Made by a program: the position numbers and the translations under genes
Notes under the pieces: model-generated
Told to the model about the DNA's origin: nothing
The model's database searches: none
Seen by the model: the letters and a program-made list of their open reading frames with translations, nothing else
Origin: a bacterium
GTDB taxonomy: Bacteria > Patescibacteriota > Minisyncoccia > Phycocordibacterales > UBA9973
DNA length: 61,373 nucleotides
Direction: 5' to 3'
Assembly (NCBI GenBank): GCA_037130055.1
Contig: JBAXTS010000002.1
Coordinates: forward strand, 1-61,373
Part shown: piece after piece, positions 8,280 through 16,455 of the stretch
Numbering within the stretch: position 1 is the first letter of the stretch
Layout: each line of letters begins with the position of its first letter

Positions 8280-9984
8280 TTTTCTTATTAGATCTAGGGT
8301 CGTTCTATTTTTCGTAATGACCTTTGCATTTATTCTAGTGAGTAAATTATTTTATGTCCAAGTCGTGAATGGTAGAATTTATGCAGAAGCAGCTGATCAT
8401 CAGTATGTGACACCCTCGAGTGACATATACGAACGTGGTACTGTATATTTCGAGCGCAAAGATGGTGAACTTGTTTCTGCGGCTACGCAGACGACAGGAT
8501 TCAAGGTTGCTATCGTTTCAGTAAAAATTATCGATGGAGAATATACATACAATGAACTATCAAAAATTATAAGTCTTGACCATGATGATTTTATATCAAA
8601 AGTAGAAAAGAAGAACGATCCATATGAAGAAATAGTTAATCATCTTTCCAAAGGAGAAGCAGACGCGATCTCTATATTAAAATTACCTGGTGTAAGTATT
8701 TTTAAAGAAAAATGGCGTTTTTATCCTGGGGGAAGTTTGGCTTCACACACACTTGGTATTGTTGGTTACAAGGGCGACGAGCTTGGTGGGCGCTATGGAC
8801 TCGAAAGACAATATGAAAGCTTGCTTACTAGAAATGTCGATAATCCATATGTGAATTTCTTTGCTGAAGTATTTTCCAATTTACATAAAACATTTTTTGA
8901 GAATCAGGTTCCAGAGGGAGATATTGTGACGACAATAGAACCACAAGTTCAAAGCTTTTTGGAGAAAAAACTAGTTGAAGTAAAAGATAAATATCAAATT
9001 GACTCCATTGGTGGAATTATAATGAATCCCATAGATGGATCTATTTATGCGCTAAGTGTAAAACCAGATTTTAATCCAAATGATTTTTCACAAATAGACA
9101 AGGTTTCTACTTTTTCCAATCCTTTAGTAGAAAATGTTCTTGAATTTGGTTCTGTCGTTAAGCCTTTAGTGATGGCGGCCGCGCTTGATGTGGGAGCTGT
9201 ATCTGCAAATACAACATACAACGATAAAGGTTCTGTAATAGTAGAAAATAAAGAAATATTTAATTTTGATAAAAAAGGAAGAGGCCCAGGAACAAGCATG
9301 CAAGAGGTATTGAATCAATCATTGAATACCGGTATGGTTTTTGTTGAGCAGAAGCTTGGCAAAGAAAGACTTCGTGACTATTTGCTTTCCTATGGCATAA
9401 AAAACAAAACAGGAATTGATCTACCAAACGAAACCTCCGGACTTGTTTCTAATATAGTAAATAGCCCTCGTGAGATTGAATATGCTAATGCTGCCTTTGG
9501 ACAAGGAATAGCATTGACCCCTGTTGAATTAATTCGAGCACTAGCTTCTCTTGCAAATGGAGGAAATTTGGTTGTTCCACATGTGGTAAAGGAAATTAAA
9601 TATAATGATGGTACTACAAAAGAGATGACTTATCCAACAACTCCGACAAAGATATCAAAATCAACCTCAGAGGAAATAACTCGCATGCTTGTAACTGTGA
9701 TGGACAAAGCAATCAAAGGTGGATTGGGAAAGATTGATCGTTTTAGTGTCGCAGTAAAAACAGGAACTGCGCAAGTTGCAGATAATACAAACGGAGGATA
9801 TTATACAGACAGGCATACGCATTCCTTTTTTGGTTATTTCCCGGCCTATAATCCAAAGTTTATAATTTTTCTTTATGCAGTAAACCCAAAAGGTGTGCCA
9901 TATGCAGCGACAACGTGGACTGACCCTTTTTTGGAAATTACCAAATTTTTATTAAATTATTATGAAGTTGCGCCAGATAGATGA
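8269..9984 (+). CDS. ftsI: penicillin-binding protein 2/FtsI-type transpeptidase
   Basis: SVVK, SLN and KTGTA active-site motifs; N-terminal membrane anchor. Confidence 0.9.
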   Translation: MKYSFLIRSRVVLFFVMTFAFILVSKLFYVQVVNGRIYAEAADHQYVTPSSDIYERGTVYFERKDGELVSAATQTTGFKVAIVSVKIIDGEYTYNELSKIISLDHDDFISKVEKKNDPYEEIVNHLSKGEADAISILKLPGVSIFKEKWRFYPGGSLASHTLGIVGYKGDELGGRYGLERQYESLLTRNVDNPYVNFFAEVFSNLHKTFFENQVPEGDIVTTIEPQVQSFLEKKLVEVKDKYQIDSIGGIIMNPIDGSIYALSVKPDFNPNDFSQIDKVSTFSNPLVENVLEFGSVVKPLVMAAALDVGAVSANTTYNDKGSVIVENKEIFNFDKKGRGPGTSMQEVLNQSLNTGMVFVEQKLGKERLRDYLLSYGIKNKTGIDLPNETSGLVSNIVNSPREIEYANAAFGQGIALTPVELIRALASLANGGNLVVPHVVKEIKYNDGTTKEMTYPTTPTKISKSTSEEITRMLVTVMDKAIKGGLGKIDRFSVAVKTGTAQVADNTNGGYYTDRHTHSFFGYFPAYNPKFIIFLYAVNPKGVPYAATTWTDPFLEITKFLLNYYEVAPDR

Positions 9985-10013
9985 TTTGGTTATGAATTAC
10001 TAATTAAATTAAC

Positions 10014-11318
10014 ATGCATATATTTTTTAAAAATACTGTATCATATATATTAAAAACCGAATCACGATTGGTACTTTGGAAATATAAACCAAAAGTTATC
10101 GCTATTACTGGTTCTGTCGGAAAGACATCCACAAAAGATGCTGTTTATGCTGTGCTTTCAAAAGTTGCATATGTTCGTAAGAGTGAAAAAAGTTTTAATA
10201 GTGAGATAGGTATTCCACTTACGATCCTGGGATGTCCAAATGGTTGGAATAATCCATTCGTCTGGACAGTGAACATACTGAAGGGCTTTTGGTTAATTTT
10301 ATGGCCACACAAATACCCAAAATGGCTAGTACTTGAGGTGGGGATTGGCAAGCCAAATGATATGTATGAGGTAGCTTCTTGGCTTATGACTGATGCAGTT
10401 ATCATGACTGCGATAGGAGATACCCCTTCACATATTGAATTTTTCAAATCGCGCAAACATCTCATCGAAGAAAAGAGCCAACTAATAAAGACCTTGAGAA
10501 AAGATGGAATTTTGGTTTTAAACGCAGACGATGAGGCAGTTTTTGAGATGAAATCAATTACAAAAAATCTCACAATTACTTACGGATTCAAGGACGAAGT
10601 TGATATAAAGGTATCCAGTGATAATATTTTTTATAATGAAAAAAATGAACCAGAAGGAATAATATTTAGAATAGACAATGATGGGAAGAGCTTGCCTGTT
10701 GTAATAGAAGGAGTGTTTGGAAGAAACCATGTTTATGCATCTTTGGCTGCGCTTGCTCTTTCTTTTGGTTTGAAACTCAATATGATAAATGCAGTTCAGT
10801 CACTGAAGAATTATGATGTTCCTCCTGGGCGGATGCGCCTTTTAAAAGGAATTAGAGATAGCCTTATTATTGATGATACATATAATTCTTCTCCATTTGC
10901 ATGCGAGTCAGCATTAAAAACACTGGGTGAAATAAAATCCAAAGAAAATGATAGCAGAAAGATAGCGATCCTAGGCGACATGCTTGAATTAGGTAAGCAT
11001 ACTATTGAGGCGCACAACAACATAGGTCATATAGCAAAAGAAAATTCTGATGTTCTTGTGGCTGTGGGGCCAAGAGCAAAGACGATCAAGGAAGGTGCGA
11101 TAGAAGCAGGCATGCAAGAAGATAAAATTTTTGAGTTTTCAAATTCTCATGAAGCAGGAGTATTTATAAAAACATATATAAGAAAAAATGACTTGGTTTT
11201 GGTCAAAGGTTCACAGGGAATGAGAATGGAAAGAGTCTCTGGAATGATAATTCTAGACCAAAAAAATAAAAGTAGATTGCTTGTCAGACAGGATGTTGAG
11301 TGGCTCTGCAAGAAATAA
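10014..11318 (+). CDS. murF: Mur ligase, probable UDP-MurNAc-tripeptide--D-Ala-D-Ala ligase
   Basis: GSVGKTSTK ATP-binding loop; Mur ligase middle and C-terminal pattern; position after ftsI. Confidence 0.8.
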   Translation: MHIFFKNTVSYILKTESRLVLWKYKPKVIAITGSVGKTSTKDAVYAVLSKVAYVRKSEKSFNSEIGIPLTILGCPNGWNNPFVWTVNILKGFWLILWPHKYPKWLVLEVGIGKPNDMYEVASWLMTDAVIMTAIGDTPSHIEFFKSRKHLIEEKSQLIKTLRKDGILVLNADDEAVFEMKSITKNLTITYGFKDEVDIKVSSDNIFYNEKNEPEGIIFRIDNDGKSLPVVIEGVFGRNHVYASLAALALSFGLKLNMINAVQSLKNYDVPPGRMRLLKGIRDSLIIDDTYNSSPFACESALKTLGEIKSKENDSRKIAILGDMLELGKHTIEAHNNIGHIAKENSDVLVAVGPRAKTIKEGAIEAGMQEDKIFEFSNSHEAGVFIKTYIRKNDLVLVKGSQGMRMERVSGMIILDQKNKSRLLVRQDVEWLCKK

Positions 11319-11321
11319 CAC

Positions 11322-11567
11322 TCAAATTTCTCCAAAAATTTTTTTAATCCACTTTTCAATCTTTATTGTTGCAGAGTGAAGGTGCGGGTATTTCTGTGTA
11401 TATTTTTCTATTAGGGTTCGGGTTTCTGGAAATGAGAAAGACAAAAGAAAGAATCCAATAAACAAAAATAATATTCCTTGCAAAATTGGCAGAACAAGGC
11501 CAATTAGACCAAGTAATATAGAAATGACTGCTATCACTATAATTAATGCTCTCTTTATTCTTTTCAT
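11322..11567 (-). CDS. small two-helix membrane protein (YbaN/DUF454-like, tentative)
   Basis: 81 aa; hydrophobic LLGLIGLVLPIL... segment. Confidence 0.5.
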   Translation of the reverse strand: MKRIKRALIIVIAVISILLGLIGLVLPILQGILFLFIGFFLLSFSFPETRTLIEKYTQKYPHLHSATIKIEKWIKKIFGEI

Positions 11568-11655
11568 AAAGAAAGTATAACTTTAATTGATTGTAAAATC
11601 TAATACTGAGAGATTCCTTCACAGAATGTTCATATATATGATTTAAAATACAACA

Positions 11656-12117
11656 ATGCAAAAAAATTCAAAAATGATATATATAGTAATTATTATTTTT
11701 ATTATTGTTTTATGTGTGTGGATATATATATCAAACAATATGAGTACTGAACAGAACCCAAAGAATAACCCCGGTGTTTCAGCAATCCAAAATTCACAAG
11801 CTGGAAGCCAACTCTTTTCAAGTTCTCAGTTTGCACAAAATGCATATTTAATTTCTACACCTACTTACGATGCAACAGTAAATAAAGCATTGAGCGGCTT
11901 CAGTGTTGCTCGAACAGTACTCTCTGATGGTTCTACCCAATATGTACTAAATGCTACAAATCCAGAATACCAAACCCAGACATATACTGTGAACACCGGG
12001 GAGAAACTATATTTTATAGAGAGGAATCTGTCTGATGATAGTGTAAATGAAGACAAGTTCATTGGAGACGACACTGCTGTATTAGTTGATGCAGGGGGCT
12101 ACATAATCAAACAATAA
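11656..12117 (+). CDS. hypothetical secreted/membrane-anchored protein
   Basis: 153-aa ORF with an N-terminal hydrophobic helix and host-like AT-rich composition. Confidence 0.55.
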   Translation: MQKNSKMIYIVIIIFIIVLCVWIYISNNMSTEQNPKNNPGVSAIQNSQAGSQLFSSSQFAQNAYLISTPTYDATVNKALSGFSVARTVLSDGSTQYVLNATNPEYQTQTYTVNTGEKLYFIERNLSDDSVNEDKFIGDDTAVLVDAGGYIIKQ

Positions 12118-12131
12118 GCAATCGCACTTTC

Positions 12132-12162
12132 TTTGTGACCCTAATTATACGGAATTGGAACC
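12132..12162 (-). repeat. degenerate copy of tRNA-Glu 3' end (T-arm plus acceptor), P1
   Basis: The minus strand reads GGTTCCAATTCCGTATAATTAGGGTCACA, versus GGTTCGATTCCCGGTAGGGTCACA in the tRNA. Confidence 0.7.
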
Positions 12163-12203
12163 AGATTTTTAATCAAATAAAAAGTTTTTAAGAATCTTAT
12201 TCC

Positions 12204-12232
12204 TTGACAAATTTGTTTTTTTATATTTAAAT
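12204..12232 (+). promoter_or_regulatory. candidate promoter of cassette A (TTGACA-N17-TTAAAT)
   Basis: Consensus -35 hexamer and an AT-rich -10 candidate about 40 nt upstream of the GAGGAGGG Shine-Dalgarno. Confidence 0.4.
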
Positions 12233-12274
12233 TGTTATAGGAAACGTTCATCTGTATCACTAGAGGAGGGCCTC

Positions 12275-12547
12275 ATGGCCATCACGCACAACAGCTACTA
12301 CGAAGGAAGAGTGCAGTCACTCGGGTTCACGGACGGAAACGGCAAAGACGCCACTGTCGGCGTTCTGGAGCCGGGTATTTACAAGTTCGGACGTGCGGAA
12401 CGACGCGAAATAATCATCGTGCTCCATGGGACCATCTTCGCCAAAGGCCAGATCTTGGCGATCCACGACACAATCTGTTTCGAGGTAGGAGAAGAGGTTG
12501 AAGTTGAGGTTCGCGAAACGGCCGCCTATGGCTGCGTCTACTTCTAG
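12275..12547 (+). CDS. ppnP: PpnP/YaiE-family (DUF1255 cupin) pyrimidine/purine nucleoside phosphorylase-like protein
   Basis: NSYYEGRVQSLGF...ATVGVLEPGIYKF...AAYGCVYF aligns by eye with E. coli PpnP. Strong Shine-Dalgarno GAGGAGGG. About 55% G+C by hand count. Confidence 0.8.
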   Translation: MAITHNSYYEGRVQSLGFTDGNGKDATVGVLEPGIYKFGRAERREIIIVLHGTIFAKGQILAIHDTICFEVGEEVEVEVRETAAYGCVYF

Positions 12548-12575
12548 TTTGTGGGACGTTTTTCCTGCATCATAC

Positions 12576-12626
12576 GCCGTTCCCACCAGTCAACTGAAAA
12601 GGCCGACTGGAGGAACGGCTTTTTCT
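12576..12626 (+). terminator. rho-independent terminator of cassette A
   Basis: GCCGTTCC...GGAACGGC stem followed by TTTTTC; homologous to the terminator at 13331-13386. Confidence 0.7.
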
Positions 12627-12811
12627 ATTTCAATATAAAAAATAGTTGAACGCTTTGCGTACAATGTTTATGTGAGCCACAATAATTTGCTTTTCGACAA
12701 AAGCAAATTTTCCAGCCCCGGACTCAGCTATTTTTTCTACTAAAAAAATATGCTTCCGTCTTCACAAAAGCGAAAAAGACTAGAGCAGTCTAGTCTTTTT
12801 GAATTCGCGCT

Positions 12812-12842
12812 TTTGTGACCTTAATTATACGGAATTGGAACC
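12812..12842 (-). repeat. degenerate copy of tRNA-Glu 3' end, P2
   Basis: Differs from P1 at a single position (12821 T versus 12141 C). Confidence 0.7.
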
Positions 12843-12917
12843 GGGTTGTATGTCAAGTAAGGGGATTTGAGCAGTTTTTAAGCTAGGGGAAATAATTTTC
12901 ATGATAGTTTTTATGTA

Positions 12918-12946
12918 TTGACATTTAATATTGAATATGCTATAAT
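12918..12946 (+). promoter_or_regulatory. consensus sigma70 promoter of cassette B (TTGACA-N17-TATAAT)
   Basis: Both hexamers match the consensus perfectly, with a 17-nt spacer. Confidence 0.65.
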
Positions 12947-13058
12947 ATAAGGTATGTTCTTTAAAAGTGCTCTGGAAAGTGAAATGTAGAGGAGTATTTA
13001 GATTCGTCTTTAATTCACTTTTCAGAGCAAATGCGTTTATTTTCGAAGGAGAAGGAAG

Positions 13059-13322
13059 ATGTCAGAAGATTTGAGCAACGTTGAAGTTGAAGTGTTCACG
13101 TACCGTTCTGTGGTCGTCACTGAGCGGTTCCTCTTCTTGCCGAGGACGTTGTTGGATCAACTGGAAGAGGCCTTGGCCAAGAAGGCGGGGAAGAGACCGG
13201 ATAACCACACGGCCTACAAGCTCACGTGTCGGAACGGTCTGGGTGGCGAGAGCGTCACCTACATCGCGTTCAGCGACAACCTGGCTTCGTTCGGTCTCTC
13301 AATCGAGAAAACGCCCTGGTAA
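13059..13322 (+). CDS. hypothetical 87-aa protein (cassette B cargo)
   Basis: GC-rich ORF with Shine-Dalgarno AAGGAG 7 nt upstream; its own promoter and terminator; no family recognised. Confidence 0.65.
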   Translation: MSEDLSNVEVEVFTYRSVVVTERFLFLPRTLLDQLEEALAKKAGKRPDNHTAYKLTCRNGLGGESVTYIAFSDNLASFGLSIEKTPW

Positions 13323-13330
13323 TATCATCA

Positions 13331-13386
13331 GCCGTTCCGTCAGTTCGCGCAAACGAAAAAGCCGAACTGGAGGAACGGCTTTTTCT
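13331..13386 (+). terminator. rho-independent terminator of cassette B
   Basis: GCCGTTCC...GGAACGGC plus TTTTTC. It shares the 26-nt string ACTGGAGGAACGGCTTTTTCTATTT with cassette A. Confidence 0.7.
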
Positions 13387-13583
13387 ATTTTTATTTTTTA
13401 AAAAAAGTTGGATGCTTCGCATTCTATATTTACGTGGTCACAAGTTACTAAATTTTTTACTTCTTAAAATCGTAAAAAATGTAAGTACTTGCCGACCCCG
13501 GCTCGGCTATTTTTGTACTCAAAAATTATGCCTGCGCCTTCACAAATCACTTGCAAATAAAGCAGTTTATTTGCTTTGTGTGA

Positions 13584-13607
13584 TTTGTGACCCTACGCGG
13601 AAACGCG
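13584..13607 (-). repeat. degenerate copy of tRNA-Glu 3' end, P3 (miniaturised T-arm)
   Basis: The minus strand reads CGCGTTTCCGCGTAGGGTCACAAA, versus CGGGTTCGATTCCCGGTAGGGTCACA in the tRNA. Confidence 0.55.
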
Positions 13608-13755
13608 AGTACGCTTTCGGTCACAAATAATTTTTTGCTAAAAATTTTCGCTACCCCGCCTCGGACTCGTCAGTCCTGCGGCCTTCGATTCTCTCCGTAA
13701 GGAGATCACTAGCGATATAAAAATAACCCACTGATGTGGATTATTTTTGATCGTG

Positions 13756-13827
13756 TGACCCTACCGGGAATCGAACCCGAATTTAATCCTTGAGAAGGAT
13801 CCGTCCTAACCGTTAGACGATAGGGCC
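13756..13827 (-). tRNA. tRNA-Glu (anticodon CUC)
   Basis: Hand-folded cloverleaf: acceptor GGCCCUA/UAGGGUC, anticodon loop UUCUCAA, T-loop TTCGATT, 4-nt variable loop. Confidence 0.9.
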
Positions 13828-13909
13828 GTCAACAGGGGCATATCAATAATGCGATATGCCCAATAGAAAAAATATAGCATTTTTTCTTGGAAAATCAAAA
13901 ATAATTTTT

Positions 13910-14959
13910 TTAGTCTTCAATTTTAGGTTTTTCTACTTCAAGTAGCGAGAGTTCTGGAGAAGTTCCAGCTATGCGTAGGACATCTTTATCTATTTTTTTT
14001 AGTTCCTTATTTGATGCATTGTAATGGTTTACCACAGTACCTAGCGCGTTCCCGAGTTTATTGTGATATTCGTCATAGGATTTCAAATGCTTACCTAGGT
14101 CTTCTACTTTTTTTATTATTTCTTTTGCGGATTCTTCTATTTTAAGTGCTTTGAGTCCTTGGAGGACAGTTTGTAAATAGGCTAGAAAAGAAGTAGGAGA
14201 GGTGATTATAACTTTATATTTTCCTGCTGCACGTTGTATAAGGTTTTCATTCTCTTCAGTTGTTGATGCTCCGACTTTATTTGTAAGCAAGTCATAATAA
14301 ATAGCTTCGTGAGGGATAAACATAAATGCAAAATCTGTGGTGCCTTTTGTTGGATGGATATATTTTGCTGTTTCTGTAATTCTATTTTTAAGATCATTAA
14401 CAAAAACTGTTTCTAATCTTTTCTTTTCTGTTGCATCTCGTTCCTCAACCATTTTATTATAATTTTCTAGGGAGAATTTTGAATCAATTGGGATTATTTT
14501 ATCTTTTACAAAGACTACTGCATCTACGATAGTTCCATCAGGAAAAGGGTATTGCATTTGGTAGCTTCCAGGAGGTAAGACATTTTTTAAAACTGTTTCC
14601 AAATAATATTCTCCGAGTATGCCGCGTTGTTTTGGATTTTTTAAAATATTTTCCAGGCTCTGTAGTTGGTCTGCAAAAGAAATGACTTGTTTGTTTGTCT
14701 CATCGAGTCGTGTGAGTCGCTCTGTGACATCACGTATAATTTTATTAGATTCACTAGAGTGAAATCTTAAACTCTCGTTGACTTGTTTATGGCTTTCTCC
14801 TATTTTATTGTCCACTGTTCTAGAGAGCTCGTTTATTTGAGTTAGAATCAAGCCTAGACCTGTGTCATTCTTTTTTTCATCCTTCCTCTTGTTAAATATA
14901 AAATAAGCAGTGAAACCTCCAACCACGAGACCTATAAATATTCCAAAAATATTTTCCAT
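13910..14959 (-). CDS. rmuC: DNA recombination protein RmuC
   Basis: N-terminal transmembrane helix, long coiled coil, and a C-terminal RmuC nuclease-like region (…VDAVV…IPIDSKF…). Confidence 0.88.
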   Translation of the reverse strand: MENIFGIFIGLVVGGFTAYFIFNKRKDEKKNDTGLGLILTQINELSRTVDNKIGESHKQVNESLRFHSSESNKIIRDVTERLTRLDETNKQVISFADQLQSLENILKNPKQRGILGEYYLETVLKNVLPPGSYQMQYPFPDGTIVDAVVFVKDKIIPIDSKFSLENYNKMVEERDATEKKRLETVFVNDLKNRITETAKYIHPTKGTTDFAFMFIPHEAIYYDLLTNKVGASTTEENENLIQRAAGKYKVIITSPTSFLAYLQTVLQGLKALKIEESAKEIIKKVEDLGKHLKSYDEYHNKLGNALGTVVNHYNASNKELKKIDKDVLRIAGTSPELSLLEVEKPKIED

Positions 14960-15002
14960 TCTAATATTTTAACACCTTTATTTTGTAAAGAGAAATTTCT
15001 GA

Positions 15003-15045
15003 ATAAAAGAGAAAGCCACCGTAAAAGCTAGGCTTTCCCGGTGGC
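15003..15045 (-). terminator. terminator of GC islet C
   Basis: GCCACCG...CGGTGGC stem followed on the minus strand by TTTCTCTTTT. Confidence 0.55.
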
Positions 15046-15047
15046 GA

Positions 15048-15308
15048 TTATGACGATTGTTCTGGTGTTGCTTCTAGCCAGAACACATGTGGCAGGAGAA
15101 TGTCCTGGAGCACGACGACCTCATTCGAAATGAGCTTGCAATTCATCCAGTTTTTGAGCGAGCCGTCACTTATTCGTAGCCCGTCCGGGATGCGCAAGCT
15201 TTCCAGAAACTCTCCAGATGATGAGAATACACGACCTCGTGTAACCCGGTTCGACTCCAGAGATATCTCAAATGAAATTCTCTGGTTAGCTCTTAGGTTG
15301 TTGAACAT
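15048..15308 (-). CDS. hypothetical 86-aa protein (islet C, distal gene)
   Basis: GC-rich ORF with GGAG 8 nt upstream of the ATG; followed by a terminator. Confidence 0.55.
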   Translation of the reverse strand: MFNNLRANQRISFEISLESNRVTRGRVFSSSGEFLESLRIPDGLRISDGSLKNWMNCKLISNEVVVLQDILLPHVFWLEATPEQSS

Positions 15309-15366
15309 GTTACTCCAAATTGTGGGCGGAGCTCTATGAGACGACCTCCGCCCACAGGTGCCGAAT

Positions 15367-15621
15367 CTAACACCTTTCGACGACTCCGAAGGTGTATCCG
15401 CTCCTACTCATCGATACCACAGCAAGCGGCTTGCCAGAATGAACAGCAAGGCCGAGCAAATATGCTCGCATCTCGTCTCCAGGGGCGAGGTCCTGGGGGA
15501 CCTTCAGCTGCTCGATGGGCTCCCTATCTGGCGTTATGGCGAGATGTACACCAGGGAAGACGAACGCTGTGAGCACACCACTTTGCTGCATAAACATCAC
15601 GAGTTGGTTTTTCCCAATCAT
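15367..15621 (-). CDS. hypothetical 84-aa protein (islet C, proximal gene)
   Basis: GC-rich ORF; Shine-Dalgarno GGGAGGAG 3 nt upstream of the ATG; promoter-like hexamers upstream. Confidence 0.6.
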   Translation of the reverse strand: MIGKNQLVMFMQQSGVLTAFVFPGVHLAITPDREPIEQLKVPQDLAPGDEMRAYLLGLAVHSGKPLAVVSMSRSGYTFGVVERC

Positions 15622-15668
15622 CGGCTCCTCCCAAAAAACGAAGCATAAAAGAACACCTAGTAGCTATA

Positions 15669-15696
15669 ATTATGCAAAAATAAGTTTCTAAGTCAA
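15669..15696 (-). promoter_or_regulatory. candidate promoter of islet C (TTGACT-N16-CATAAT)
   Basis: Hexamers read on the minus strand, immediately downstream of the exonuclease stop codon. Confidence 0.45.
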
Positions 15697-15700
15697 TAAG

Positions 15701-16417
15701 TTATTTTTTGAGATGGTGTTTTAGAGTAAAGATCCAATCTTCATCGATTTGGTCGCTTTCGAGCTTTTGTGCTAGTAGCCACTCCAAATATCCACGGTCT
15801 GTTTTTGAAACGTCTTCAATTTTCTTTCCGAGATGTTTTCCAAAATTAAACGAACGTAGGAGTGATGGGTGTGAAGAAATTTCTATCATTTTTTCTATAG
15901 TTGCGTCTTCGCTCAAATTCTCCTCCTTTATTAATTTATTTTTAAGTCTTTCAAAAAGTTTTTCTAAAACCAAAACATCTCCCATTGCATCATGTGCAGT
16001 TGCTTCTATCTCTATATCCAAATAGTATCGCAAGTACTGTAGATTATATCTATCTATTTTTCCTTCCTGGTCTAAGTGTCTTGCAACACGAAGAGTGCAA
16101 ATGAATTTGCTTGGATTTATCCCTTCTTTATTCATAATCATTAAATCAAAAGGGGCATTGTGTGCTACGACAACAGAATTCTCGTCTTCGAAAAGTTTTT
16201 TAATTTTTATTGAATCAGCACTTCCTTTGAACGTAGGCTTGTCAGCTATCATCTTGTTTGTGATGTGATGCACGGCAGAAGCTTCTGGTGGAATTCTCAT
16301 TTCTGGTTTATAAAGACCTGTAAAAGTCTCATCGCCAGTTTTGTAGGCTATTTGAACAAGAAAATCCTTTTCTGTGTTGCCTGTTGTTTCTGTATCAAAA
16401 AATATAAGTTTAGACAT
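15701..16417 (-). CDS. DEDDh 3'-5' exonuclease (DnaQ/epsilon-like) with C-terminal DUF3820-like tail
   Basis: Exo motifs FFDTETTG, HNAPFD and HDAMGD; C-terminal FGKHLGKKIEDV...GYLEWL. Confidence 0.85.
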   Translation of the reverse strand: MSKLIFFDTETTGNTEKDFLVQIAYKTGDETFTGLYKPEMRIPPEASAVHHITNKMIADKPTFKGSADSIKIKKLFEDENSVVVAHNAPFDLMIMNKEGINPSKFICTLRVARHLDQEGKIDRYNLQYLRYYLDIEIEATAHDAMGDVLVLEKLFERLKNKLIKEENLSEDATIEKMIEISSHPSLLRSFNFGKHLGKKIEDVSKTDRGYLEWLLAQKLESDQIDEDWIFTLKHHLKK

Positions 16418-16455
16418 AGTGCTATTTTAACACATTTTTGATATAATTTATATAT

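Larger units (their letters stand above)
12122..13755. mobile_element. stacked pair of tRNA-Glu-associated mini-cassettes (integrase-less)
   Basis: Direct degenerate copies of the tRNA-Glu 3' end at 12132, 12812 and 13584 delimit two homologous units, each carrying a different GC-rich ORF. Confidence 0.55.

Noticed and set aside
13081-13630. Plus-strand ORFs 13081-13401 (106 aa) and 13226-13630 (134 aa)
   Set aside because: These are alternative frames of the GC-rich cargo gene that read through its terminator and the hairpin-rich tail. They have no start-site signals.
13640-13715. Possible hammerhead ribozyme, because the minus strand contains CTGACGAG followed by GAAA
   Set aside because: The sequence between the two boxes cannot form stem II, and no stem I/III arrangement or cleavage triplet fits. 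GGAC-TGACGA-GTCC is simply a hairpin.
15100-15648. Plus-strand ORFs in islet C (79, 78 and 96 aa)
   Set aside because: The promoter, strong Shine-Dalgarno and terminator are all on the minus strand. The plus-strand ORFs lack any of these signals.
14965-15700. Target-site duplication (AACACCT) and similar TTTCT..AATAA strings flanking islet C
   Set aside because: A 7-mer in AT-rich DNA is too short to distinguish from chance, and the positions relative to the islet ends are not symmetric.
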